Of a stretch of DNA of 64,000 nt, positions 39,735 to 53,642 are shown piece after piece. The number at the start of each line of letters is the position of its first letter. The stretch's first letter is position 1. Under the pieces are notes generated by a model that saw only the letters and a list, made by a program, of their open reading frames with translations, ran no database searches and was not told the DNA's origin. The translations under genes were made by a program, and so were the position numbers. The DNA is from Bispira polyomma (Eukaryota): assembly GCA_965649765.1 (NCBI GenBank), contig OZ287748.1, positions 68,324,001-68,388,000 on the forward strand, given 5' to 3'.

Positions 39735-40427
39735 TGCCGTGGTCACACTGAGCTTACGCTTCGCTTACGCATGAAAATGGCTAACCTAAGGTAAAACGTA
39801 GTAAACGGAAGTAAAATGTAAGTAAAACGTAGTAAACGGAAGTAAACATAAGGAAAAGGTGGTACCTTAAGTTTTGTACCTTAAGTTTTGTACCTTAAGT
39901 TTTGTAAAAAAATGTCTTAATTTTTGGACTGTTCGAAATCTTTTACGTTTTTAGCCGTTTGCTACAAAAATTTCCGAAAACAGGTGGTGCGTTCGCGGCA
40001 AACATATGAAACGTATTCAATGTGTATTAAATATGAAGAGTGGGAGTAAAACGAACTATACCTACACATAATATTAGGGACGAGGAGAACAAAAACAAAA
40101 CGGGTTTACAAACGTTAAAAATGTGGAGAACGAGACTGAAGCGAGTTTAGAAGCGTGACTAGCGTATTTCTAAAACGTGGCCAATGAGGCTAACGCATTA
40201 TTAAACCGTGGCTAATGAGGTAAACTTAATTGAAAAAGCTATTAAAAAGTGTTAAAAAACGTATTAAATGCGTGTACAAACGTGTACAGATGCGTACTGA
40301 ACTTGTACAAAAATGGCCCACACATTTGATTTTTGCTACGTTTCCCCATTTTCCAATAGTTTTTCACTTCGTTTTCTCCTGTCTATGAAAAAAACGTAAC
40401 TCGAACGTACTCAGTGCGACCATGGCA
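39735..40427. mobile_element. PIF/Harbinger-type MITE (693 bp)
   Basis: TIR tgccgtggtcacactgag / ctcagtgcgaccatggca; TAA TSD; empty sites gacagaataag(a/g)gtcagac in paralogous copies near 43436 and 48367. Confidence 0.9.
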
Positions 40428-43400
40428 TAAGGGTCACACTTTTTCCCTTTTTCCAGACTTTATCTTGAGCATCATGCATACACATTTATCCATAATAGAC
40501 TGGTTTGGTCACATTACCCATTTTTTAATATATACTTTTATACTCGGGCCATTGTCTCATTTTGTCAGACTAAAAGGCTTAAAGTAACTTTTTTATGATT
40601 ACACACAAATACAGTCACCGGCCATAAGTAAATATCATGACCAGGTCTCTCAACTTAGGATTGCCATTCATCAACAGTCCCCAATGTTCTATAGAGACTG
40701 TCACTGAGGATAAAAGTTCCCATGATAGGGGAGAGTTATTCTTGTATCTATGTTCGTCAAGGCTCAGACAGTAGTCACTGTATTAATTTCACTGGTGTAT
40801 TTACCTTTACCAAAAAGGTTATGTTTTTATCCTTGTCTGTTGTTTTGTTTGTTTGTTGGTTGTATTTAACAGGATTTAACAAAAACTTTTGAAAGGATTT
40901 TGCTTATGGTACGGGTCAAGCGGACACTATTAAATTAAACAAACACAGCCTCTAACACAAAATAAATAACAGCTAAATCTCTCAACTTAGGATTTTTATT
41001 TATCAACAACCCCCAAATGTTCTGAAGAGACTGTAGAGGTTCCCATGACAGGAGTGAGCTTTTCTCATGTGGATATTTGTCAAGGCTCAGAGAGTAGTGA
41101 CTATATTCATTTTACTGGTATTTTTTTTTTTTTACTTTTGCCAAGAAGGTTATGTTCTCCCATCTTTCTGTTATTCTGTTGGTTGGTTGGTTGTATTTAA
41201 AACCAGGATTAGCCTAAAACTTTTGCAATTTTGTTTATGGTATGGGTCAAGCAGAAACCATTAAATTTTGGTTTAGATCCGGATGAAGCTAAGCGAGTAC
41301 TGAGTATGTAAGTAAAAATGCCACTAGGAAATGGGTGTATTGCTAAAAAAAAAGTAGACGACATCTACTTTTTTCATATTTTATCATATGGATGCTATTA
41401 TATGGCTGACTATGTGCACTTCAAGCAAAGACAATTTCATGGTTATGGCATCGATTTGCCTCCTTCTAATTGCTCATTTTGGTCTGTGCAGGACTATTGC
41501 CCCTCTATATGGTAAGCTAGAGTGAATGTTATGAAATTATTAAGAGAGAAAAAATTCATAAGGGCACTGCACAAACATTGTCATCATAAAGGGTCCATTT
41601 TGTTATTATCTAAGGTTTTAAGCACAAAAATGTTAAAAATGTTGGAAAATAGCATTGTTTATTATGTTAATGTTAATTTACAGTAAAATTTTGTCATAAA
41701 TGCAATCGAACACTTTCATAAATTTTTATTGGTGTACATTTTGTCAAGTGGTGAGAATCTTGTAATGTGCCATTAACCAGTTGAATTTGTATTCGTATTT
41801 ATACTCATTACATTTATTTCTGTTTGAACTAATATCTGCCATTCCCCTAACTGTAAACAAAGACTTTTCTTAAGTCAGGGTTATCTTTTTACATTACGTG
41901 CGAGAACATATCAGATAGGGCTATTCATACCTAGACAACAGACATACGCCTCTGCATAGGAAATATAGATCCTACAGGTTTTGTTTGCTTTCAGTTGTCA
42001 GCGCTCCTGTGATCTATTCTCATCCATTAGACACACATTAGCATTCATAATCACACTAACTGTGCTACTGAGTGCAAACAATATTCCAAGAATGAAAAAT
42101 TTGTAAAAGTCACCATAAGTAAAAAAAACACCTAGCAGGTAACCTCACAAGGATTGCATAGCTGTGCTATAATACTGTGTATAAAGGCAGCATTTTGTTG
42201 TTTTCTTTGTTGACTTTTTATGTACCTAAAGCTTTTCCGGTTACCTCAAGGAAATCAACACTCATTTCTTTTTATTTGAGTGTCATTGACTCAGGAATCT
42301 TTAGTTATAAAAAGGTCTCAAAACATACACTCAGAGTAAAATAATTATGTGGACAAAATTTGTAGTTTTGTGGTCAAGAAACGATATCCAAAACCTGACT
42401 GCATATTTGAATTCATCGTTGAAAGTTCTATTAAAACTAGTGACATGCCTGGGTGGATATAGTCATAAATAAGGGCAGCTATGTTTATGGTATTTGAGTT
42501 TAAGAATACAAGTCCTGAGTAAGATCCTTGGCCGTATACACAGCTCCCCAGTCTTCCAGACTTTTGTTCTTGCAATTTACAGGATTTTATGCTCTGTATG
42601 TCATACTCCGTATTTCTATGTGTGATTACAACTTACAGCTCTATTCCTAAGATGATTATTATTGAAGGATTCATATAGCGCCTTACTTATAGATCATCCC
42701 CTAAGGCAATAGTTCTACAACATGGCCTGGTGTTCATCCATAGGCAATGGTACATTGAGATCTTACCAAAGGATGTTATCCCACTAATGAATCTTGTGGC
42801 ATTTAGTCAGAGTCAATATGGGGAGCTTAAGATCACCACACCAACTCCCCCAACTAGAATTCAAACTGGAGACCAACCGATCATCAGACCAACATCCTTA
42901 CCACTAGGTTTCTTAAGGTGTTTTAGCAAAAGCACTTTGGGCGAAATAAAACATCTTGCAAGACAGAAATTGGTCAATGCTAGTTAGTCATGGGTATGTC
43001 CGGACATAAATTGCCTTAACCATCTAGCCAGCCATTCTATTTTGGGACTACATCCCTTAGGGTGAACGTGACTCTAACATTAGTGTGTGTACTCTTAGAG
43101 GCTGTCACTACTGTTAATTACTTTCCCTAAGAATATCTGTTGAATGTATTCCTACGCAAGTGTTACAGGGACCCAGAATTTCGAAGGACCAGACACAAAT
43201 AGTTTGTCTCATCTTACTCCAGCAATGTTCTAATAGTGACTTGTTTCAGTTCAACATGATGCTTGAATAACAATTATCAAATTTAAGCAAGCAAAGGGGG
43301 AAGTACAAACAACGGTTATTGTACAAGTAAGGAGTACTGTCCAGAGTCTTCTATATCTTGGTTTAAGATTACTAAACAAATGTTTCTAGCACTTTCATTT

Positions 43401-44380
43401 TTTGTACTGGTAACTGGCAAGTGGCTACTTTTGTTGACAGAATAAGAGTCAGACTTTTTTCTTCTTTTCCAGACTTTCTCTTTAGGATCGTGCACACACA
43501 TTTATTTTTAATAGTCCGTGTTGGTCATGTACCCATTTTTCCATATATATTTTGTATTTTTATTATTTTGGTTTTACTTTTATACTTGGCTCATGGCTTC
43601 CTTTTGTTAAACTTGAGGCTTAAAGTAACTTTCTCATGTTTACACACAAATAAAGTCAGCGACCATCAGTAAATAATTTGGCTAAATCTCTCAACTCAGG
43701 ATTGCCATTCATCAACAGCCTCCAATGTTTTGTAGAGGTTGTCGCTGGGGATAGGTTCCCATGATAGGACTAAGCTATTCTCATATTTGTGTTTGACAAA
43801 GCACTGAGAGTAACGACTATAATAATTTTACTGGTGTTTTTACTTTTTGCCAAGAACGTTGTTTTTCACCTCTGTCTGTTGTTGTGTTTGTTAGTTGGTT
43901 CAATTAAATGCCAAGATTACAGTAAAACTTTTGAAACAATTTTGGTTAGGGTATGGGTCAAGCAGACACCATTAAATTTTGGCCTAGACCCTAATAAAGC
44001 TAAGTGGGTACTGAGTAAGGAATTTATACTTTGATGAGTATTTACCTCACGCATTAAAAATTATTACGGATAGGTTGTTTTGGTCAAATATGTTATTCAT
44101 CCACTTCTTCATGTGCTGTCATATGGTTAACTTTGTGCACTTCGAGCAAAGACCATCTTGATTTTTTTCCTCATGGCAAATGAATGCGTCCTTCTGATTG
44201 CTCTTTTTTGGTCCACTTACTGTGACAAAATCAACATTTCATTTACATCCCCTAATATGAGATTAGGCTGAGTTTAAGACCTCTGATAAATTTGACTACA
44301 GCCATCTACTATTGCTTTACCAAATTTGTAACATTTAACTAAAGTCAGAAATGTATACCGTCAGGCTTTAGAATAAACTA

Positions 44381-44660
44381 AGCCTATACTTCTTTTCAGC
44401 CGGTATTTGTCACTGTATGTGTAAGGAACTGCTTTGTTCAGTAGATTTTTGTCTGTTTTACCATCAGATGTAATCGGTCAGGACTCGGAAAAATTCGGGA
44501 GGTTGGTCCAATTTTTCAACAAAAATGAAGAAAAATAAATAATTCTCAAACCATTTTACATAGCACATATCCGATAATAGGAAGTGATACATCAGCTCAT
44601 GTCGGCTCGGATTTTAAAAAATCGGCCGACGTCAGAATCGGCTGAAAGGAAGCCTAGGCC
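44381..44660. mobile_element. MITE (280 bp) with imperfect 22-bp TIRs
   Basis: agcctatacttcttttcagccg vs cggctgaaaggaagcctaggcc; TA on both flanks. Confidence 0.65.
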
Positions 44661-46489
44661 TACCAGACAAATTAAAGAGTTGTCTAAAACCTTTTGTCAT
44701 GAAATGTATTTGGCTTAAAACGGGTGCTTTTACTTCAGCAACATCAGAACAAAATAGCAATATGCAGGATTATTGCCCTTTCATGGGTTAAGCGAGAGTG
44801 AATGTTATGAAATTAATAAGAGAGAAAAAATTCATAAGGGCACTGAACGAACATTGTCATTATCATCATAAAGGGTCCATGTGATTATTCCAAAGTCCTT
44901 CTTTACTCTAAAGCTTATTTAAGTCTGCCTACAAGAGCTGATACTATAGACTTTATTGTAATTGCTGTTGTTTTATAACCAGCCAAACTACTAGGTAAAC
45001 AATGGATTTGGGCTTTCAAAATTGTCTAGATGGAAGTTTTAGCCTAAACAAAATTGCACTGATGTACTACTTTTCAGAAATTAACTAAAATTTAATTTTG
45101 CAATTGGCCATTTTCTAATTGTCCAAGGTGTTTAGCAAAAAAATGTCTTACAAATTGTTTACAATGTTGGAAAATGGGATTGTTCATTAGAAAATAATTG
45201 CTACATGTTAATATTAATTTACAGTAAAATGTTATCATATATGCAATCAAACACTTCTATAAATTTATAATGGTGTATATTATCATTACATCAGTGGTCA
45301 AGTGGTGACCAGTCTTGAACAGTAAAATGCATGACAAGCAGTGTACTTCATTAATGGAAAGAAACTTTTACATATGCTATATTAACAAGTTGAATTTGTA
45401 TATGTATTCATACTATACATGTATCTACCTTTTTTTAAGATATTCGAAAAAAAAATGCTAATTAATTATTTCTTACCAGTCCACAGACAGCCAATTAACA
45501 CTAGTATTTATCATTGCCCTAACTGTAAATAAAGTCTTTTCTCAACTGAGAGTTATAGTTTTACAAAATGCACAGAAAATTATATGGGACTAGTCATACC
45601 TGAACAATAGTCATACGCTTCCGCATAAGAAAAAAAATTAGTTCCTCCTGGTATTGTTTGCTTTCATTTCTCATTGTTCCTGTCATCTATTCTCATCCAT
45701 TAGACACATATTAGCATTCATTATTATGATCACTGGGTGCAAACAATAGCCACTGAATGAAAAATTTGTACAAGTCGGTCACAAAAGAAAAAAAAGCCAT
45801 CAAGCAGGCATTCTATCTCTTTGAATTGGATTGACTTTTAGATGTCAATATTAATTGGGCGTTAATTTCAAAGTTTTCAGTGTACCATCCTCAACAGATT
45901 TGTCATATTCGACTCCAACTTGTTTCTTTGGAGAAAGGCTACTTCATCAAGTTTTAAAAATGTAGTAAAATTAACCTAATAAAACACTTTTTTATAAATG
46001 CGAATATGTTGTGATATTCCAGGTAGAATATCAGGAAATTCAAAGTTGGATATTCCTTTTTGTAAAGTATATTCAAATCTAACCAACTTGTATTAAACTG
46101 TTACAAAGTTTTGATGTAATTTTGAGTATTTTGTTTTAAATGTCACACCCCCTTGTAAAGTCTAAGAAAATCCAAAAAACCCTGAATTCAAGTCTTATCA
46201 AAGTTATACTAAAAAAACAAGAAACAATTAATTAGTCGTTGGTTTTGCAAACAAAAAAAAAAAATAAAAAAGGTTATTAATAGATGTGAAATGAATTGCA
46301 TTTTACAAAGTTAACCCCTTGTTGGAGAAATTAAGCCGAACTAGTTGTGGTGTGTGTGTGTGTGAGTATTCCAAGACTTGTTTGTAGATTACTGCAGTGT
46401 ACTATCGCTTGCAGATTGGCAAGGGTCGCGTCGCGCTACGCTGGATTTGGTTTGCAATAGGCTTTACTTATCATCTATGCTGTCTCTCA

Positions 46490-46725
46490 GCACACTCACC
46501 AGAGGTAATCATCTCTCCACCTCTGGTTTCCTACCCCGAAAATCAGTTGGTTCAAAATCATTCTTAGTTGCAGCACCTGCTCAGTGGAACAGCCTCCCTA
46601 CTAGTCTTTGGACTGAGACAAGCATGACAGGTTTCAGAATAAAGCTCAAAACACATCTGTATCAGCTTGCTTTCCCACCCTAGCATTCATCTGCTGGTCA
46701 CGACTGAAATCTGATCACGAACCAG
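46490..46725 (+). mobile_element. 3' end of a CR1/L2-clade LINE
   Basis: SVGSKSFLVAAPAQWNSLP...FRIKLKTHLYQLAF matches the typical L2-group ORF2 C-terminus (WNSLP, FK..LKTHL). Confidence 0.8.
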
Positions 46726-48421
46726 GACATAAAGTTGACTTTGAAGTGGCCCTTTTACTGTTTTCTGCACAATTACATCTTAGTGAGAATTTCCACTGAT
46801 ACAGTTGACTGTGTATATTGACTTGGGATGATTACATAGAGGTGATATACTATTGTGCATAAGAAATTCTGTAAATACAGCTTTTGTGTTGTTTTCTGTG
46901 TGGATTTTTTATGTACCTGAAGCTTCCCTGATACTTCGAGCAAATGAACACTCATTTCTTTGTATTCAAGTCTCATCGGCTCAGCGATTTATAAAAAGTT
47001 CTTAAAACACAAAGTCACAGTAACCTAAAAATAACTATGATGTGGTATTGCTTTGTAGACTAGAAGAGATATCCAAAATCTGACTGAATATTTGAATCAC
47101 TGTCTGAAACCTCTAATATAACGAATAGTGACATGTCTAGTGGTTATTGACATTAATAAGGATAGCTATATGTAGATAATTTGAGCTTAAGAATACAATA
47201 ATTTGTAAGAGCTTTGGTTTTATACACAGCTTCCTAGTCTTTCATTTGCACCTATATTGACTCTCAATGCCATTTATACAGTATCATTAGCTACTAACAG
47301 TTATTGACCAAAAAAATACAGGGCCACAGAAAAAAGACCTGTACTTGTTAATCAGACTGACAAAAGTTGCCTCAAGCCATGGTCTGGTTTATTAAATGAT
47401 GGCAGTTTTTTTGGTGTGGCTTCTTCTTCCTGATGGCTTTTCTTCTTGCAATTTACAGGATTTTGTATTCTGTATTTTTAAGTGATTGCAACTTGCAGCT
47501 CATACAGTTGGGGAGATGTTTATATTATTATGTATTTTTACTATCAAAGCATATATATATATAGTTGCCTATTGATAGATCATCTCTTAAGGCAATAAGT
47601 CTGCAACATAGCCTGGGCCATTATCAGTTAACGATAGTGCAGATCCTGCCAAAGGATGTTATCCCACCAATGAACCTTCTGCCATTTAGTGGGAGTCAAA
47701 CCAGAGACCATCAGTTTTAACCAACCCAACTCCCATAACCACAATTAAAACTAGGGACCTTCTGATAACTTGACTAACACCCTTACCACTAGGTGGCTCT
47801 CGATATGTTTTGGCAAAAGCACTTCCAGGGAAATATGAAATCTTGCAAGACGGAAATTGGTCAATGCTAGCTCGTCTGATATGTTGAGGAAAGTTTTATT
47901 GTCAAAAACATGGATATTCCCTGACATAGATTGCCTTAACAATCCAGACAGCATTTCTAGATTGGAGCTATATGCTTTAGAGTGAAAGTGACTCTAACAT
48001 TAGTGGAATAGATATTCCTCTCTAAACCCCTCTTGCCTCTCTCTCTCTCTGTGTACTCTTAGAGGCTGTCACTAGTGTTATTTATTTTTCCTTAAAAATT
48101 TCTGTTGAATGTATGCCTACGCAAGTTGTTACAGGGACCCAGAATTTTCAGGGATCTGGCACAAATAGTTTGTCTCATATCACTGTGGGTTCGGTGAGTT
48201 CAAAATGATTCAACATATATAATTTAAGTAAACGAAAAAAGTAAAAACAATGGCTATTGTACAAATGAAAGTGCGGTCCAGAATCAATAATAGTTTGGTT
48301 CAAGATTACCAAACAAATGTTAAATGCACTTGCATTTTTTTGTACTGGCAAGTGCCTAATTTTGTTGACAGAATAAGGGTCAGACTTTTTTTACCCTTTT
48401 CCAGACTTTCTCTTTAGCATC

Positions 48422-48675
48422 GGGGCCGCAGTGGCCTAGTGGTTAGCAAGCATTGCGCTTCACAATCACTGGTCTCTCACCTCTGGGCGGCGTGAGTTCG
48501 AATCCTGTCGATGCCTATATGGGAAAGGTGGTAGTTCCTTACTGTGGGCCGCTGGTTTCAGTGCAGAACCTTGATCGACTGTATGCAGTGTTTCCTCCAG
48601 CGTTTCCAACTACCCGTCCCAAAATAACCTAAACAGGTACTAGAGTGGACGTTAAATATCCCAATTCCAAAAAAA
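48422..48675 (+). mobile_element. Full-length tRNA-derived SINE with 14-bp TSD
   Basis: A box tggcctagtgg, B box gagttcgaatcc, A-rich tail; perfect TSD ttctctttagcatc (48408-48421, 48676-48689); empty sites near 40455 and 43471. Confidence 0.95.
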
Positions 48676-50454
48676 TTCTCTTTAGCATCATGCATACACA
48701 TTTATCCATAATAGCCTGTGTTTGTCACGTACACATTTTTTTCATACATATTTTGTATTTATCATTTCAATATTTAATTTTATACTCAGGCCATTGTCTC
48801 ATTTTGTTAGACTTGAGGCTTTAAATAACTTCAAGATAACACACCAATACAGTCACCAACCATAAGTAAATAACGTGACAAAATCTCAACTTAAGCCTGC
48901 TTTTCATCAACAACCCCCAGTGTTCTGTAGAGACTGTCCCTGGCAATAGATTCCAATGCTAGGGGTGAGCTCTTCTCGTATTTATATTTGACAAGGCTCA
49001 GAGAGTAGTAACTATGTGAATTTCACTGGTGATTTTACCTTTCCAAAAAAAAGGTTTTTAGCCCTGTCTGTTGCTTGGTTGTATTTAACAGGATTAGATA
49101 AAAAGTTGTGAAACTATTTTGGTTATGGTATGGATCAAGCAGATCTGGATGACTCTAAGCAAGTATCGTCATACAAACTGATTAAATTGATAAAGTCAAG
49201 CTATATTTAACAAATCAATTGGTATAACTGTATTACTTCTCCCAATCTACAGAAATACTGTTGTGACATATGTACAATGAATCAGCTGTAAAATACAAAT
49301 AAATTACATGACATCACACATGCGCGAGTATTTGTTATCTCTTGATAACTTGCATTGTTCTGCAGTATCGTCTACTAACATGTACCAAAGATAGCATCTA
49401 GATCTTTTGTGTTCAAAAGCTAATGTATTTTCTAGTAGGTCACAGTTATAACATATTAAAGATGAGATAGAAAACACAAAGCAGCACTTTTCAACCTAAT
49501 AAAAATCCAGTATATAATTATAAATACACAAAATAATCAGTTGACATTATTTTATTGAAAAAAAATACTGCAGTGTTTGTTTCCCTTTAAAACGGGCAAC
49601 TATTATGGGACCAAGTATCATACTATATCAAAAGTCCCTTGTCAATGAGGTTGTTGAAAAGATTCATTTAAATATCATTTAAATCTGAGTGGAAATCTCA
49701 CAATATTTAATTCATTATACAATATAAGTGCCTAATAAAATATGTTCCATAATGAAACAATAAAAGTAATACAAAGTAATAAAAAAGTAATACATAAAAT
49801 CTATTACTTTGCAATCTATTACTATTACATTTTAAATTTTATAATCTTATACTATTACTATTACTTTGAAATTTCAGCAAATCTATTACTTCTATTACAT
49901 CGGCCCTAAGCCTGCAAGTATGTACCTAGAATACAGTATGAGGGTAACCATTTCATTATATTTCCCTGAACACTTGCGTCAATATATCACAGACATCATG
50001 GATATTTATTGACAAGTGATGCTTTCATAGAAGGGTCTTGATTCTGTCTGTCTGGTACCGACTGGGGCTTTGGCAGTCATTTTTTTCCTACTTTTTCACG
50101 TCTCCCCACTTAATTCATATGATTTCCTCATTGCTTAAATTATGTTGTTTTTCACCCTTTTTTTTTCTTCAATTTTGCCAATTGGATTCTCTCTGACTTT
50201 ATTTGCACAGACAATTTTTGTTGGTTCAGACATGTCATATAAATTTTTAGTTCTGACCAATATCATGTATCTGGTTTGATTGTTATATTGGTAAGCGTGT
50301 AACACAGTTTACATGTAATGCAACCTAAGAGTACAACACTTCAAATCTGGCAGCTTATCAAATCTTAAGCGTGTTCTAACAATATCTATTTTAAAAAATT
50401 TCACCCGTGGTTTTGAGTTTATATCAATATTGTTTCGTAGTGACATATAACATA

Positions 50455-50685
50455 GTGCTATATTAAGTGGGCTAAAACATTCGCCTCCCACCTCTAGGGT
50501 CTCGGTTCGAATCTCAGCCGGGGTTTTAAGTGGGAAAGTTGGCAGTTACTTGCCTGCCGATGGTCGCTGGTTTACACTATATAATCTTGAAAAATAAGTA
50601 TACATTAGTTTCATCCAGCACTGAAACTGCCTGTTGTGATATGACCTATACAATGTGTTGAATGTAACGTTAAACCCAAAATCAA
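50455..50685 (+). mobile_element. Diverged tRNA-derived SINE (related subfamily)
   Basis: B box ggttcgaatctc, gggaaagttggcagttactt body and acgttaaa tail shared with the 48422 copy. Confidence 0.7.
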
Positions 50686-51596
50686 ATCCTGAAAATATGT
50701 AATGTTACTTTCCTCAAACAGGATATATGTGATATCAGGAAGAGGCATGTATTTTGTATATTGTCATTTATCACATATATAGTCATAATATTTTTTATTT
50801 GTATTATTGTGAACATTGTTTGTATAATATAGCATTAATTGTTACATTTATGATATTGAAGACGAAACTCGTATACATTTCGTATATATTTCTACATTTT
50901 TAGCGCTATATCAAGGATAGAACAAAACAATAACATTATCAAAGAAGAAACACATTTTATTAATTAGTTACAACTCTCTAATATACACCGTCTACATTTA
51001 TCATATAAGAAACACCTGTTTTTAAAATTGTAAACATTCGTCAAAATCTATTGTTTAGATTTATAATAATAAAAAAATTTATAATTTTTTTTATTTCAGA
51101 CATATAGATAAGCACATTCTATAAATTAAAATTATTAAACAAACAAACAAAAGCAAGAAATAAGTAAAGAATATTATTATGTTAATCCAAAACTTAAAAC
51201 CTACTTATTCGACAAGGCTTTACCACCTTAGCCCTAAATTCACCCGGCGTCTCCATGGTGCTGATCCATGCTTGTCTAACAAAAATGCAAATTGAATAAG
51301 GATACTGTCCTGCGCCTTAGAATCCCCTAAGAAGTAGAGATTAAGCGCTATAAAAATTAGATTGAATTAGATTATGTTACATATTTAATTATAAATGACT
51401 ATTATCAAAGAAGAAACACACGTTTCAAATTTTTGTACAGGTCTCTAAAATCCACTGCTTACATAGTGTTATAATGGACTTACATAAAGCGGACTTTACC
51501 TTCCTTCAAACTGCCTATCTTCAAGGCTATTCTTGATGTTCTTTTTTTACAGCTATCTCTAGACCATCCCTGTGTACACACACATAGACTACCAAT

Positions 51597-51800
51597 ATGG
51601 TGAACCCCACAGAAGTCGTGGGTATAGCTGGGGCCATGTTGGGGTTGACTGTCTGTGTGGTTTTACTAGGGGTCTACTGGTTCTTTCTGTGGAGGAAGAG
51701 GGAGCCCAAATCTCCAGACTACAAAGCAGTGGGGGACTTCAAGCCCAGTGAAGTCTTCTCTTGGGACTCCAGTGCTAGTATTACCAAAAGTCTACAGGAG
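51597..51800 (+). CDS. Synaptotagmin-family protein, coding exon 1 (N-terminal TM helix)
   Basis: Acceptor ttttttacag| at 51552, ATG 51597, TM VVGIAGAMLGLTVCVVLLGVYWFFLW followed by RKR; donor GAG|gtaagc, phase 0. Confidence 0.88.
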
Positions 51801-51930
51801 GTAAGCAGATAATGAATTATGTGATGGGAAAATTCCAAAATCCTGATGAAAAAGCTACCAAATAACACAGATTCCAGTTATTCCAGTCTGTAAACCACTC
51901 TGCTCCACTTGTCAATGCAAAGCACTTTAA

Positions 51931-52596
51931 TGCCCTGGTCCCACCGGATGTACATTGGGTTAGGTAAGTCACGCAAAGGGCCGTGTAAATAGTTGATGTA
52001 AAATGTCAAGCAAAACTTGAATTAGCAATTTTCTCCATGTTGAAGGCATTAACAGACGTTTAAATTCATGTATTAGTACGTCAAAAAGCTGTAAAGTCTC
52101 GCAGGGCATGCATAAGTTAACGTCAAAGTATGTATTGAAACCCCCGTATGACAGGTACGAGTATGCCAATACACGTTGTAGGCCGTCATTTTCTACATTT
52201 ATGTACGTTTAAGTATTTTAAACCACGTCAAGTATGTTAAACCATGTTGACCCACGCAAATTGTTGCAACGTCACGCGAAAGTTCAGGTTTCAGTACGTC
52301 ATACTTTTACATCTCTTGCGTGTCCAAAATTCGAAGTATGTTAAACCACGTCAAGTATGTTAAACCACGTGGACCCACGCAAATTGTTGCAATGTCACGC
52401 GAAAGTTCACGTTTCAGTACGTCATACTTTTACATCTCTCAAATTTCAAACGGTTTAAAATTATAAATTTCTTGCATCTCATCTCTCACGCCAGATTATG
52501 TATGCTATATTACGTCAGCTCCCACAAATACCATGCAAAACCTACGCAAATTAATTTTAAACGTCTCCTAACGTGATGGCTGGTGGGATCAGGACT
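51931..52596. mobile_element. PIF/Harbinger-type MITE (666 bp) in a synaptotagmin intron
   Basis: TIR tgccctggtcccacc / ggtgggatcaggact; TAA on both flanks; internal ~105-bp duplication (~52212-52316 and ~52334-52438). Confidence 0.78.
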
Positions 52597-53380
52597 TAAG
52601 AAGGGACGCAGGCACACGCAGGGAATACTATCCAGAGAAAGATGATACTTCTATTTAACTGATCATCCACTATTGCTATTTATTCATAAAATAACTTTCT
52701 TAATTGCTGTCCCTATGTTATGATAGTCTCCCAGTTGAGCTTAGATAACTAGAAAACTTTTTAGGTTAAGGAGATAACTTAAAACCCATCTCTTTAAACT
52801 TCATCACCTTAATTTCCTCCCGGTACAGCCCCATATCTTTGTTTACAACCTTGACTTGACTGTTTCAAAATGCACAATACAAGTACATCACATATCTTTT
52901 CATAATATATATGTCTATGGTAAAATTCTACAAAGCAGGTGTAGAAATATATGTCTAAATGTTCATTGTACAATTTTCCTGTGATGCATCAATAATAAAA
53001 TGTACAACTACAAAGTGTAAATTCTGCAATAAATATCTATAATGTTACACTTAATAGTAGTTATGCTTTTTCTCTTCATAGTTATACCAGCAATTTTTAT
53101 AATTATACTTATTAGGCAATACTGAATATTTATGACTCCATTTAAGAGGTTCAAATAGCTTTTATATATCTTAACATGAGACATAATACTGTATCTATAG
53201 TCAAATCCTACTAAGCAAATACATTTGGAAACTTGTGAAACATATGTTTGAATGTTTGACTGTGTTGTACTAATGAAAATGTATACATTTTGCCCATACA
53301 GCTACCATATTCTGTAATATATCTCTATAATACCATTAATTTTTTACCTAGTTAACACTAAATTTTCTGGGGGTATTTAG

Positions 53381-53642
53381 GAACATCATAATGTACAACC
53401 TAAGTCCACCTATGGTAAATCCTTGCTGAACTACAAGCACTTATATGGTGATGAGGCCAGTCTGTCTAGTACCACCAGCAGTAGTACCCGTAGCAGTACC
53501 CTGAGTAGTCTTAAAGACATCGGAAGTATCCGTGATGGGGGATCCATCAGGAGCAAGTCATCTCGCTGTAGAACGCTGAGTGAAATGAGCGAGTCAAGTT
53601 CAGCCAGTCAGGACAGCGCCACTTTTGACACAGCTTCTATTG
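53381..53642 (+). CDS. Synaptotagmin-family protein, coding exon 2 (Ser-rich linker)
   Basis: tatttag|GAA...ATTG|gtgagt; 262 nt, phase 0 to 1, open frame. Confidence 0.85.

Larger units (their letters stand above)
36040..49170. repeat. Old tandem triplication of a non-coding unit (~36040-41490, ~41490-44765, ~44765-49170)
   Basis: Collinear markers occur three times: ggattactgccc (36042/41491/44767), catccattag..cacattagcattcat (36871/42021/45695), tttgag.ttaagaatac (38851/42493/47180), ttgttgacagaat (39718/43431/48362), tctcaactta/cagg (40648/43689/48883). Confidence 0.9.

Noticed and set aside
48422-48510. tRNA gene
   Set aside because: A and B boxes continue into a SINE body with A-tail and TSD; multiple copies; no convincing cloverleaf.
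23200-50491. Numerous 60-130 aa ORFs in the intergenic tract
   Set aside because: AT-biased composition, overlap with repeats, frames not preserved between triplicated copies, no recognisable motifs apart from the L2 fragment.
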